Assembly: GCA_017412925.1 (NCBI GenBank)
Contig: JAFPVP010000095.1
Coordinates: forward strand, 9,981-73,980
Length of the DNA: 64,000 bases
Source of the DNA: Selenomonadaceae bacterium
GTDB taxonomy: Bacteria > Bacillota > Negativicutes > Selenomonadales > Selenomonadaceae
Direction: 5' to 3'
The translations under genes were made by a program, and so were the position numbers. Shown here piece by piece: positions 1 through 8,449 of this stretch (its first letter is position 1; each line of letters opens with the position of its first letter). The notes beneath the pieces are model-generated. The model made no database searches. It worked only from the letters and a program-made list of their open reading frames with translations, and had not been told where the DNA came from.

Positions 1-90
1 TTTCGGCAGGTCGTAAGCTTGAGCAACGCCACTAGTCACGAGTAGGGCTGTTAGCAGTGCCGCCGATATTTTTTTGAGCACGCGACTCAC
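1..90 (-). CDS. 5' end of an exported protein (partial, runs off window start)
   Basis: Minus-strand reading from GTG at 90-88 gives VSRVLKKISAALLTALLVTSGVAQA/YDLPK. This is a typical Sec signal peptide with a basic n-region, hydrophobic core and AQA cleavage motif. GTGA overlap with the stop of the upstream YopX-like ORF suggests co-transcription. Confidence 0.35.
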   Translation of the reverse strand, partial: MSRVLKKISAALLTALLVTSGVAQAYDLPK

Positions 91-572
91 TCCCTCGCAA
101 TGAAGCTCGGTTCAAATTCGGGCATTCCGAGTTCTTGTTCTTCCGGTTCGTTTTTTTTTGGCGCGGTAGTGCTAACGAGCAATTCGGGATTCTCGAAGCG
201 ATTGCCTAGAATTGTCATGTTCCAATCTTGCACGTCGTAGAGAGCCTGCCGGGCACCGCTGCCGTAATTGACAACGAAACAGCCGTCATGAAAATTCACA
301 ACGCCGATTCGCCCGTTTTCTAGAGAGATAATATCGTCTTCGTAAATTTCTTTGCCTGTGCTGTCGACGAGCCCCGTAAATTGCCCAATCGTCTTCGAGT
401 CCACGCGATAGCCTTCGTAACCGTTCTCGTAAACGAAAATATGCGCTTGCGGACCGGGGTCGCCGTATGTGCCGCGCTTAAGGTAAAAACCGTAGATCCA
501 AACGCTCTTCTTTTCGCCGCTGAATATTTGAAAAGTTTTTAAGCCGCGATATTTGATTTCACGTTCAGCCAT
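87..572 (-). CDS. YopX-family (phage-associated) protein
   Basis: 161-aa ORF with a GGAGG RBS upstream of the ATG. The body and the ...ILGNRFENPELL motif near the C-terminus match the YopX domain as I recall it. Confidence 0.7.
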   Translation of the reverse strand: MAEREIKYRGLKTFQIFSGEKKSVWIYGFYLKRGTYGDPGPQAHIFVYENGYEGYRVDSKTIGQFTGLVDSTGKEIYEDDIISLENGRIGVVNFHDGCFVVNYGSGARQALYDVQDWNMTILGNRFENPELLVSTTAPKKNEPEEQELGMPEFEPSFIARE

Positions 573-622
573 GAAAGGACACCTCCGACTTTTTTAACAG
601 ATCCAAATTTTCAATGCCCGAA

Positions 623-631
623 ATTATAACA
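623..631 (-). promoter_or_regulatory. putative extended -10 promoter element (TGTTATAAT) for the YopX-like gene
   Basis: The minus strand reads GGTGTTATAATTTCGGG about 50 nt upstream of the ATG at 572. No good -35 was seen. Confidence 0.3.
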
Positions 632-820
632 CCAAAAAAATTTTTTTCCATAGGTGCGGCAAAAAATTTTATGGTTTATAAAAAGTTTATCGGGCGTCAG
701 CGAAGTTAGTCGATAGCCAAACCTCCTTTCTAAAGTTAAAACAAATTGACATCCTGCTTTTAAATTTTAAGTTCTTTCTATCTCCAGGCGAAAAATTCCT
801 GCAAGCGATAAAAAATTTTT

Positions 821-1945
821 TCAGAGATTCGACAGAAAATTTTGCAGGGTGATGCTCTTCACGTCGCCCAAATTTTTCTCCGGCTTCTTCGTGATTAAAA
901 TTTTCTCTACGTCACTTGGCAAGGCGCGCAAAGGTCGCGAGGCTTTTCGGGCGGAAGGATAATCCGCCGTCATTATCTGAACAAAAACTTTTTTGCCGTC
1001 GCGCTCCCCAACAAAACTAATATCCATCTTGCCGAACTTCACGCTGCTCACGTCGTAGCCGCGCTGCCAAAGTTCAACGCAAACCGCATTCTCTATCAAA
1101 ATATTTTCATTGAGCGTGGCAAACACAGAAAGCAAACCGTTGTCGACGCAGTAAAATTTTTCAAAGCCGTTTAAAAACTTTTCTGCCTTTGCGTCGAAGC
1201 GCGGAATTTTTCTGAAGAGACCCATGGCGCAACTCGAATAATTTTTAATCGTGCTGAACGTGGAGCCAAATTGCGCGGCTAACTGATTTAAATTAATCGA
1301 CTTGCCGATATTATGCGCGAAAGTTTTTATCAGCAAACGGAAAATGTCAGCCCGCTGCAAAGAATTTTTCTCGACAAGCTCAAAAAGCATCTCGTAAGCC
1401 GCGCCGCGCAGAATTCTTTGCCAAGAATTTTTGTTCGCGCCGAACGTGGCTGGCAACCCGCCGAAGTGCAGATAATTTTGCAGAACCTCCTCCGACGACG
1501 GGAAATGTGTTTTGTATTCGGCAAAAGACGGCGGGTATATTCTCAACACGTCGCAGTTATCGGGCAGGAGCGCGGAAATTTTTTCGGCTAGTAGCTCGCT
1601 TGAACACGTCACGTAAATTTCGGCGGGCGCACCGACGAACAGCGCGTTAATCGCCTTTTCGCATTCGCTGACGCGGTCAATCTCGTCGACCAGCAAGAAA
1701 AATTTTTCCAAATCCGCCGTCTGCGTCGCCACGAATTCATAAAACGCTTGGAAATTTCTGAGCCGCTCGTCCGCCTCGCAATCGATTGAAATTATTTCCG
1801 CCGTGCTGACTCCCTCCGCGCGCAATTTTTCCGCGAACGCCTTCAGCAAAGTTGTCTTGCCGACGCCGCGCACGCCCGAAATTATTTTCACGGAGAAATT
1901 GCTTTTCAACTTTAACAGCTTTTCGAGATAAAAACTTTGCTCCAA
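821..1945 (-). CDS. AAA-family ATPase (DUF4143-type ATP-binding protein)
   Basis: 374-aa ORF with Walker A GVRGVGKTTL near the N-terminus and a Walker B-like LLVDEID. Overall layout resembles the widespread AAA_14/DUF4143 ATPases. Confidence 0.7.
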   Translation of the reverse strand: MEQSFYLEKLLKLKSNFSVKIISGVRGVGKTTLLKAFAEKLRAEGVSTAEIISIDCEADERLRNFQAFYEFVATQTADLEKFFLLVDEIDRVSECEKAINALFVGAPAEIYVTCSSELLAEKISALLPDNCDVLRIYPPSFAEYKTHFPSSEEVLQNYLHFGGLPATFGANKNSWQRILRGAAYEMLFELVEKNSLQRADIFRLLIKTFAHNIGKSINLNQLAAQFGSTFSTIKNYSSCAMGLFRKIPRFDAKAEKFLNGFEKFYCVDNGLLSVFATLNENILIENAVCVELWQRGYDVSSVKFGKMDISFVGERDGKKVFVQIMTADYPSARKASRPLRALPSDVEKILITKKPEKNLGDVKSITLQNFLSNL

Positions 1946-2012
1946 AGTGATTCACCACGCTACAAATTTTTTTCAATTTTATAACAGACGGCGGCTTTTA
2001 TCAAGCGGCATA

Positions 2013-2040
2013 TTGACAAAGCGTCTTCGCAGTGTAAAAT
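2013..2040 (+). promoter_or_regulatory. putative sigma70-type promoter of the flbD-flhA operon
   Basis: TTGACA (2013-2018), 16-nt spacer, TAAAAT (2035-2040), about 95 nt upstream of flbD. The upstream gene is divergent. Confidence 0.45.
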
Positions 2041-2135
2041 ATTCCTGCGAAAATTTTTGATTTGATATTTAAAGGGTTTTGCAAATTTGCGGCGAAGATT
2101 TTTAAACCAAAAGGCAGTTTACAGGAGGTCAATTC

Positions 2136-2336
2136 ATGATTAAGCTTACGAAATTTAATTCGGACTCGAACAAGCGCGGGGAATTCATTCTCAACGCCGA
2201 ATTGATTCAGACAATCGAGTCCACGCCCGACACCGTCATCACGCTTGTCAACGAGAAAAAACTTATCGTCGAAGAGCCGACCGAAGAAGTTGTGCGCCGC
2301 GTGATGAAATATCGCCGCGCCTTGAGACAATTTTAA
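2136..2336 (+). CDS. flbD: flagellar protein FlbD
   Basis: 66 aa: MIKLTKFNS...EFILNAELIQTIESTPDTVITLVNEKKLIVEEPTEEVVRRVMKY matches the FlbD family pattern. AGGAGG RBS. Sits directly upstream of fliL. Confidence 0.8.
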   Translation: MIKLTKFNSDSNKRGEFILNAELIQTIESTPDTVITLVNEKKLIVEEPTEEVVRRVMKYRRALRQF

Positions 2337-2354
2337 TCGTGGAGGGAAAAGATT

Positions 2355-2897
2355 ATGCCTGATGAAGAAAAGGACATCGATACAGTAGCTCCGCCTCCTC
2401 CCGACCCTGCAAAATCCAAAAAGAAAACGATAATATTAATCGTCGTGCTGGTGATAGTTGGTTTGGCGTTGGCGGCGGGCATTTCGCTTTTCGTCGTGAC
2501 AAAAGTTATGGGCGACATACCTGCCGGCTCGGAGGATGAAGATTCGGGACCGCGCTACCATGACGCCGGAGTTTTCGTCAAGTTGGGCGACCCGAAGGAA
2601 GGAATTTTAGTCAACGTCGGCGGTCCGCGCAGCGGAAAATATCTTAAAGCCAGCATTATCGTCGAGTATAACCCCGGCAAAAAATCTGTCATAAACGAAG
2701 AGACGCACGCCCTGCAGCCCGACGCCGAAGTTAAAGTTAATGACGTTGCCACGCAATTTTTGCGCTCGACTTCTATGGAAGATTTCGACGCCGATAAGCA
2801 GGACGAATTTAAAAAGCAACTCAAAGACGCGCTCAACGCCGCGCTCGGTGGCGGTTCCGTTTACGACGTTTACGTTACGAGTTTCCTCTTGCAATGA
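2355..2897 (+). CDS. fliL: flagellar basal-body-associated protein FliL
   Basis: 180 aa with a single N-terminal TM helix (IILIVVLVIVGLALAAGISLFVV) followed by a FliL-like periplasmic domain (FVKLGD...ILVNVGG...KYLKASIIVEYN). Synteny between flbD and fliM. Confidence 0.75.
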   Translation: MPDEEKDIDTVAPPPPDPAKSKKKTIILIVVLVIVGLALAAGISLFVVTKVMGDIPAGSEDEDSGPRYHDAGVFVKLGDPKEGILVNVGGPRSGKYLKASIIVEYNPGKKSVINEETHALQPDAEVKVNDVATQFLRSTSMEDFDADKQDEFKKQLKDALNAALGGGSVYDVYVTSFLLQ

Positions 2898-2912
2898 CGG
2901 GAGGGAAATAAC

Positions 2913-3920
2913 TTGTCCGTTGATGTTTTAACTCAAGAGCAGATAGACGCGCTACTTGCCGCCGCCAATGACGAATCGACTGACTTGGAGGAGCTAAAGA
3001 AGGAAGAGACTACCCGGAAAATTAAAACTTACGACTTCAAACGCCCCGATAAATTTTCCAAAGACCAAATCCGAACGCTCTACATGCTCCACGAAAGTTT
3101 TGCGCGGCTGTTGAATACTTACATGAGTTCGCACCTGCGCACGCTGGTCAATGTCGACGTGGCGTCGGTCGAACAGCTCACCTATCAAGAATTCGTTCAA
3201 TCGCTGATGAATCCCAGCGTTATAACAATACTTGGCGTCCCGCCGCTCAAGGGCAACATAATTTTTGAAATGAGCACGGAGATTGCCTTTGCTTATCTTG
3301 ACCGCGTGTTCGGCGGCGACGGCTCCACGGCAATGAAAACGCGCGTCTTAACGGAAATTGAAGATGCGGTTATGCGCCGTTTCGTTAATTCGGCAATGGA
3401 GCGTTTCAAAGAATCTTGGTCGAACGTCACGCCGATGAACCCCGTGCTTGAGGCGACGGAATCAAATCCGCAGTTCACGCAAATCGTCCCGCCCAATGAC
3501 ATGGTCGTTGTCATCACGATGAACACCAAACTCGGCGAGGTCGAAGGCTTGATGAATATCTGCATACCCTACCTTGTGCTGGAGCCGATTATGTCGAAGC
3601 TGACGACGACTTTCTGGGTCGCCGCCTCCGCCGCCAAAGACGAGAGCGGAGGTCACGCGGATATTATTCGCAAGCAACTAAACAGAACGAAAGTTCCGTT
3701 CGTCGTCGAAGTCGGGCGCGTGCAAATTACAATTCGCGAATTCCTGACGTTGGGTTTCGGCGACGTGCTTCAGCTAAATACTAAGGTCAAAGAAGATTTC
3801 CCCTGCATGATTGGCACGAACGCGAAATTTCTTTGCAGACCGGGCACTTTCGGCAAAAAGCTGGCGGTGCAAATAACTCAAGTCGTGCAAAAAGGAGAGG
3901 ATGCGGCTGATGATGAGTGA
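2913..3920 (+). CDS. fliM: flagellar motor switch protein FliM
   Basis: 335 aa, TTG start after a GGGAGGGA RBS. N-terminal VLTQEQIDALL CheY-P binding-type motif, FliM middle domain and C-terminal SpoA-like domain. Confidence 0.9.
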   Translation: MSVDVLTQEQIDALLAAANDESTDLEELKKEETTRKIKTYDFKRPDKFSKDQIRTLYMLHESFARLLNTYMSSHLRTLVNVDVASVEQLTYQEFVQSLMNPSVITILGVPPLKGNIIFEMSTEIAFAYLDRVFGGDGSTAMKTRVLTEIEDAVMRRFVNSAMERFKESWSNVTPMNPVLEATESNPQFTQIVPPNDMVVVITMNTKLGEVEGLMNICIPYLVLEPIMSKLTTTFWVAASAAKDESGGHADIIRKQLNRTKVPFVVEVGRVQITIREFLTLGFGDVLQLNTKVKEDFPCMIGTNAKFLCRPGTFGKKLAVQITQVVQKGEDAADDE

Positions 3921-5148
3921 TTTGTCTCAAGCTGAAATTGATGCGCTGTTGGCGGGAGCCGGCGGTGATTCAAATGATAATCCTTCGGGCGGCGATTTTG
4001 TCGGCGGCGACAATACAGACGACCTTTTATCGCCGATAGAAAAGGACGCGCTCGGAGAAATCGGAAATATTTCCATGGGCAGTGCAGCGACGACTTTGTC
4101 CACTCTGCTCGGTCACAAAGTTTCCATAACGACGCCGTCGGTTACTGTCGCGCCGATGAATGTCATTCAGCAACATTACCCGTTGCCTTATCTTGTCGTC
4201 GAAGTCGCTTACACCGTGGGCATTGACGGCAGTAACGTTTTTGCAATTCAAGCGTCGGACGCCGCAGTTATCGCCGATTTGATGATGGGCGGCGACGGCA
4301 CCAATCCCGACCCCGAACTCAACGAAATTCACATGAGCGCGGTCGGCGAGGCGATGAATCAGATGATGGGCGCGGTCGCAACGAGCTTGTCGACCATGTT
4401 CAGTAAAAAAATTGATATTTCTCCGCCCAAAGTTAATCTCGTCGATTTCGGCAAGGAAGATTTGCCGGACAAGGACAGAACTGAACCAGTTGTTCGCGCC
4501 GCGTTCCGCATGGAAGTTGACGGCTTAATCGACAGCGAGATTATGCAAATTATCACGCTCAAGGTTGCAAAGGAAATGGTCGATTCGTTAATGGGCGGCG
4601 GCGAAGAAGAACCTGCGCCAGCTCCGGCTCCGGCTCCGGCACCGACTCCCGCGCCTCCTCCGACACCGCAACCACCGCCCGCGCAGCAACCTGTCGCACC
4701 GCCTGCACCACAGCAGAATTATCCGCCGCCGCAAACAAATTATCCACCGCCACCGCCTCAGCAAGGTTACACACCACCGCCTGGCTATGGATATGGGGGA
4801 AATCAAATGCAGCCTAACGTCGTAACAAATATGCCTGTCTCGCCCGCGCAATTCACGCCCCTTTCAACGGAGCCGGTACAAATCAACGAGGCGAATATCG
4901 GATTAATTTTGGACGTGCCGCTTCAAGTGACGGTTGAGCTTGGGCGCACGAAAAAGACAATCAAAGAAATTCTCGACCTGTCAACCGGCTCGATTGTGGA
5001 GCTGGATAAATTGGCAGGCGAACCCGTGGAGATTCAAGTAAACGGACACTTTTTGGCGAAGGGCGAAGTCGTCGTTATCGATGAAAACTTCGGTGTGAGG
5101 ATAACGGAAATTGCTACGCCCGCCGAACGCGCCGCGCATTTGAAGTAA
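3910..5148 (+). CDS. fliY: flagellar motor switch phosphatase FliY (CheC-like domains + FliN/SpoA domain)
   Basis: Two CheC-type motifs (EKDALGEIGNISMGSAATTLS and EIHMSAVGEAMNQMMGAVATSLS) and a C-terminal FliN domain (LDVPLQVTVELGRT...VELDKLAGEPVEIQVNG). Start placed at ATG 3910, 10 nt after GGAGAGG; the ORF-track ATG at 3901 abuts the RBS. Confidence 0.85.
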   Translation: MMSDLSQAEIDALLAGAGGDSNDNPSGGDFVGGDNTDDLLSPIEKDALGEIGNISMGSAATTLSTLLGHKVSITTPSVTVAPMNVIQQHYPLPYLVVEVAYTVGIDGSNVFAIQASDAAVIADLMMGGDGTNPDPELNEIHMSAVGEAMNQMMGAVATSLSTMFSKKIDISPPKVNLVDFGKEDLPDKDRTEPVVRAAFRMEVDGLIDSEIMQIITLKVAKEMVDSLMGGGEEEPAPAPAPAPAPTPAPPPTPQPPPAQQPVAPPAPQQNYPPPQTNYPPPPPQQGYTPPPGYGYGGNQMQPNVVTNMPVSPAQFTPLSTEPVQINEANIGLILDVPLQVTVELGRTKKTIKEILDLSTGSIVELDKLAGEPVEIQVNGHFLAKGEVVVIDENFGVRITEIATPAERAAHLK

Positions 5149-5162
5149 GTGGGGAAATTTTT

Positions 5163-5813
5163 ATGTTCTATAAAGCTGAAGATGTTCGCGCTGTGTTTCA
5201 ACTTTTAAACGATTACAAAATAAATTATCTGCTTACGAAAAATATCGCGGATGAACTTCCCGACAAGCTCAAACTCGGCAAAGACATTGATTTAATCGTG
5301 CATATTAAAGATTACGAAAAATTTCAAGCCGTATTGAATCACTTCGGCTGGCAAAGAATCATTCACCCGCACGGCAAGGAACGCGGCTGGATTTTTATGT
5401 ACGGTGCTCACGAAAATTTTTTCATGACAAATCCTGCAAACGGCTTGATTGTGGACTTTTACGCCGAACTTTGCACGAAAAGCATCGAAAGAAATGCTTG
5501 GTTGCCGCTCGATAAAGTTATCCAGAAATCCATTTGGGAAAATAAAGTTTGGGACGCCGCCAATCAATGGTGGATCATGGACGATGAGAACATGGTCGTT
5601 TATCTCTTGACTAGGAGCATCTTTGAAAAAAATGGCTTTTCCGATGCTTACGTTCGCGAGATTGAGAAGCGCAAAAAATTCTTGGCTAATCCGACTGCGC
5701 GGCAGAAATTGGAAAAAGTTTTCTTCAAGTTCACGGATACTCTTATCGAAAAGGTAAATGGGGGGGGGTATGGAAAGATTCTTCTTTCCTACCTCACATT
5801 CACGGATTATTGA
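5163..5813 (+). CDS. nucleotidyltransferase-fold protein (NTP_transf_5-like), function unknown
   Basis: 216 aa. GKDIDLIV matches the hG[GS]...D-h-D-h NTase signature, in a context (LLNDYKINYLLTKN...FQAVLNHFGW) resembling the uncharacterised nucleotidyltransferase family. Visibly more AT-rich than the flanking flagellar genes. Contains a G9 tract at 5760-5768. Confidence 0.5.
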   Translation: MFYKAEDVRAVFQLLNDYKINYLLTKNIADELPDKLKLGKDIDLIVHIKDYEKFQAVLNHFGWQRIIHPHGKERGWIFMYGAHENFFMTNPANGLIVDFYAELCTKSIERNAWLPLDKVIQKSIWENKVWDAANQWWIMDDENMVVYLLTRSIFEKNGFSDAYVREIEKRKKFLANPTARQKLEKVFFKFTDTLIEKVNGGGYGKILLSYLTFTDY

Positions 5814-6049
5814 CGGAGGAAGAAATTTTGGGAGAAGTTTTGAAAGTCCTAAAAGAAACTAAACTCGGCGGCGGAAAACTTTTAGTCGAATTGAACGAAC
5901 CGCTGGCAAAAGGTGCTCCAAGAATCATACACTTGCAAAACGACAAATTCCGCATGGAAATGATAGAGCCGGAATTTTTGAAAATCGCTGGCGCGGTTGC
6001 TTATGCCCGAAAAAGATTTGACGACATGAAAGGTTGGGGAGCGCAATGA
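5810..6049 (+). CDS. hypothetical small protein (79 aa)
   Basis: The ORF overlaps the upstream stop by 4 nt (TTG start) and the downstream start by ATGA. No recognisable motif. It could be a C-terminal extension of the upstream ORF after a +1 slip in the G9 tract. Confidence 0.35.
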   Translation: MTEEEILGEVLKVLKETKLGGGKLLVELNEPLAKGAPRIIHLQNDKFRMEMIEPEFLKIAGAVAYARKRFDDMKGWGAQ

Positions 6050-6708
6050 GCAACCCTGGCGTAATTCAACTTTTTGGTTTTAATTATAAAATTAATGACG
6101 TTTCCCATTCGTTCCGCGTGGAAGACAATATCGGCGAAGCGATTCATTTCCACTTCGACAATTTCAGGCTCGACCTTACAGTCAAGGAGTTCCGCGCTTT
6201 TGCCGACGATATGTTGGACGCGATAACCGCCGCCGTTAATGTTGAAGGTTTCGACGCGCGAAAACAGGATTTAGAATCTTTATTTCGACACGCCAACCAG
6301 CTTTCTTTTCTCCGTGAAGTCAGAATTGAGTACATGCCCGTAAAAAACATCATCGTTGACACGCTAGATAAAAGCGGGAACGTTGTATACAAATATCTCA
6401 AACATTCCCGCGTAGTGAAGGCTTTGCGCGGCGATTACGCCGAAAATGACGTGCACTACCAGCAAAATCTTATCGGGCAAAATAATCTGCAACGACTTTT
6501 CTCAATCTTTGAGAGCGTGCGGAAAAACGGATACCCGCTTAACGGAGAACTTATTACTTTATACAATAATCAAAACATTATACATGACGGACAACACAGA
6601 GCCGCCTCGATTTATGTTTTGAATCCCGAAGCCGTGGTTCCGATTCAGCGTTGGATTTTTTATAACAATGCTTTCAGTGTACCGAATCCTGTATTTGATT
6701 TAAGCTGA
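6046..6708 (+). CDS. ParB/sulfiredoxin-fold (ParB-like nuclease domain) protein
   Basis: The C-terminal half (VKNIIVDT...SVRKNGYPLNGELITLYNNQNIIHDGQHRAASIYVLN) shows the ParB/Srx pattern, including the DGxHR motif. Start placed at ATG 6046 (ATGA overlap, GGGGAG RBS); the ORF-track TTG is at 6034. Confidence 0.5.
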   Translation: MSNPGVIQLFGFNYKINDVSHSFRVEDNIGEAIHFHFDNFRLDLTVKEFRAFADDMLDAITAAVNVEGFDARKQDLESLFRHANQLSFLREVRIEYMPVKNIIVDTLDKSGNVVYKYLKHSRVVKALRGDYAENDVHYQQNLIGQNNLQRLFSIFESVRKNGYPLNGELITLYNNQNIIHDGQHRAASIYVLNPEAVVPIQRWIFYNNAFSVPNPVFDLS

Positions 6709-6720
6709 GCAAAAAATACC

Positions 6721-6749
6721 TTGCCGATTGTCAAATTATCGTTTATAAT
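6721..6749 (+). promoter_or_regulatory. putative internal promoter ahead of cheY
   Basis: TTGCCG (6721-6726), 17-nt spacer, TATAAT (6744-6749), in the 110-nt gap that follows the inserted cassette. Confidence 0.4.
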
Positions 6750-6819
6750 CAAAAGCCTAGAATGCTTAGTGTTGTGATTGAAATTAAAACTAAATTCTTT
6801 TAAACGGGAGAGATGGATT

Positions 6820-7182
6820 ATGGCAGTACGAGTTTTAGTCGTCGACGACGCGGCTTTCATGAGAATGATGGTCAAGGATATTCTTTCCAAAAACGGATAT
6901 GAAGTCGTCGGCGAGGCCGAAAACGGAATGAAGGCAGTCGAAAAATTTGCCGAACTGCGCCCCGATTTGGTGACGATGGACATCACGATGCCCGAAATGG
7001 ACGGAATCTCCGCAGTCAAGGCGATTAGGAAAATCGACCCGAAAGCTAAAATCGTCATGTGCAGTGCCATGGGACAGCAGGCGATGGTTATAGAGGCAAT
7101 TCAAGCGGGCGCACGCGACTTTATTGTTAAACCTTTCCAAGCAGACCGCGTGCTCGAAGCAGTGCGCAAAGCCGTCGGCTGA
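6820..7182 (+). CDS. cheY: chemotaxis response regulator CheY
   Basis: MAVRVLVVDDAAFMR...DLVTMDITMPEMDG...KIVMCSAMG...FIVKPF: a full receiver domain with the DD/D/T-S/K residues. Start at ATG 6820 after a GGGAGAG RBS; the ORF-track start at 6778 has no RBS. Confidence 0.9.
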   Translation: MAVRVLVVDDAAFMRMMVKDILSKNGYEVVGEAENGMKAVEKFAELRPDLVTMDITMPEMDGISAVKAIRKIDPKAKIVMCSAMGQQAMVIEAIQAGARDFIVKPFQADRVLEAVRKAVG

Positions 7183-7700
7183 TGGCAGAAAAGATAAAGT
7201 TTTATCTCCCGACTGCGCTTGTGCTTTTTTGTTTGATTTATTTTGGCGGCTCTGCCGTGGAGGCTGCGGGCGGCTACTTGGAGGGCTACGAAGAAGTTGA
7301 CCCAAGACCGACCGCCGTCTCCTGGTGGTCGACGCTCGCCTATCTTGTTAGCTTGCTTGCCGTCTTTGCCGTCGTGCTGGTTATGGCGTATTTCGCCGCA
7401 AGATTTATCGGCGGACGTTTTAACGCGGCGCGGCTTTCGGCTAGCGGCGGCAGAATTCTGGAAAATTTACCACTCGGACCTAATCGCTCTGTCTGCACAG
7501 TTGAAATGGCCGGCAGGGTGTTTTTGTTAGGCGTGACTGACCACAACATAAATCTTTTGGGCGAGATAACCGACAAAGATTTAATCGAACACCTGCACGC
7601 ACAAGCAATGAATTCGGGCGATATGTTTTCTCAAGAATTCGGCACGCTGTCGGGATTGGTTAAAAAAATTCCACTGTTTAAAAGAGGTAGTGGAAAGTGA
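7182..7700 (+). CDS. fliO: flagellar biosynthesis protein FliO/FliZ
   Basis: 172 aa with a signal-like N-terminus plus one TM helix (LAYLVSLLAVFAVVLVMAYFAA), then GRILENLPLGPNRSVCTVEMAGRVFLLGVTDHNINLL, typical of FliZ/FliO. Position is immediately upstream of fliP. Confidence 0.7.
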   Translation: MAEKIKFYLPTALVLFCLIYFGGSAVEAAGGYLEGYEEVDPRPTAVSWWSTLAYLVSLLAVFAVVLVMAYFAARFIGGRFNAARLSASGGRILENLPLGPNRSVCTVEMAGRVFLLGVTDHNINLLGEITDKDLIEHLHAQAMNSGDMFSQEFGTLSGLVKKIPLFKRGSGK

Positions 7701-8437
7701 CAAGATTTTTTTTAATCTGCGCGGTCGGCGTGCTTTTGACGAACTGCACGGAGGCGGCACCGATTATCCCAAGCGTCAACGTGGAAGTCGGCACGGCAGA
7801 AAATCCCGAACAAGTCGCCTCGACGTTGCAGGTTATCGCAATTTTGACGCTGGCGACGCTCGCGCCGGGAATTTTGATGATGACAACTTCCTTTGTGCGA
7901 ATCGTCGTGATAATCGGCTTCCTAAGAAACGCGCTCGCCACGCAGAACGTCCCGCCGAACCAAGTTATCGTGTCGCTGGCGTTGTTCCTGACGTTTTACA
8001 TCATGGCTCCTTACTGGTCGCAGGCGAACGACAACGGCTTACAACCATATTTAGCGGGACAAATCACGCAGGAAGAAGCGATAACCAACGTCCTCGAACC
8101 AATGCGCGAATTCATGTTCCGTCAAACGCGCGAATCGGACTTAGCACTTTTTGTGAACTTGTCGGAGGCTGAACGCCCGAATTCGCAGGAAGATGTTTCG
8201 ACGTTCACGCTAATTCCCGCGTTCATAATCAGCGAGCTAAAAACCGCGTTCCAAATCGGCTTTATGTTGTACGTGCCGTTTATCGTCATAGATATGATTG
8301 TCGCGACGACGCTAATGTCAATGGGTATGATGATGTTGCCGCCCGTCATGATTTCCTTGCCGTTCAAAATTTTGCTGTTCGTTATGATTGACGGCTGGCA
8401 TTTGCTGATTCAGTCGATAATCGTGAGTTTCCGATAG
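7697..8437 (+). CDS. fliP: flagellar export apparatus protein FliP
   Basis: 246 aa. Conserved FliP blocks (TLAPGILMMTTSFVRIVVIIGFLRNALATQNVPPNQV; LIPAFIISELKTAFQIGF). GTG start overlaps the fliO stop. Confidence 0.92.
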   Translation: MTRFFLICAVGVLLTNCTEAAPIIPSVNVEVGTAENPEQVASTLQVIAILTLATLAPGILMMTTSFVRIVVIIGFLRNALATQNVPPNQVIVSLALFLTFYIMAPYWSQANDNGLQPYLAGQITQEEAITNVLEPMREFMFRQTRESDLALFVNLSEAERPNSQEDVSTFTLIPAFIISELKTAFQIGFMLYVPFIVIDMIVATTLMSMGMMMLPPVMISLPFKILLFVMIDGWHLLIQSIIVSFR

Positions 8438-8449
8438 CGGAGGTGCGTC

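Noticed and set aside
87-1945. Calling the left end a prophage
   Set aside because: A single YopX-like gene is insufficient. No integrase, capsid, tail or att sites are visible in the window.
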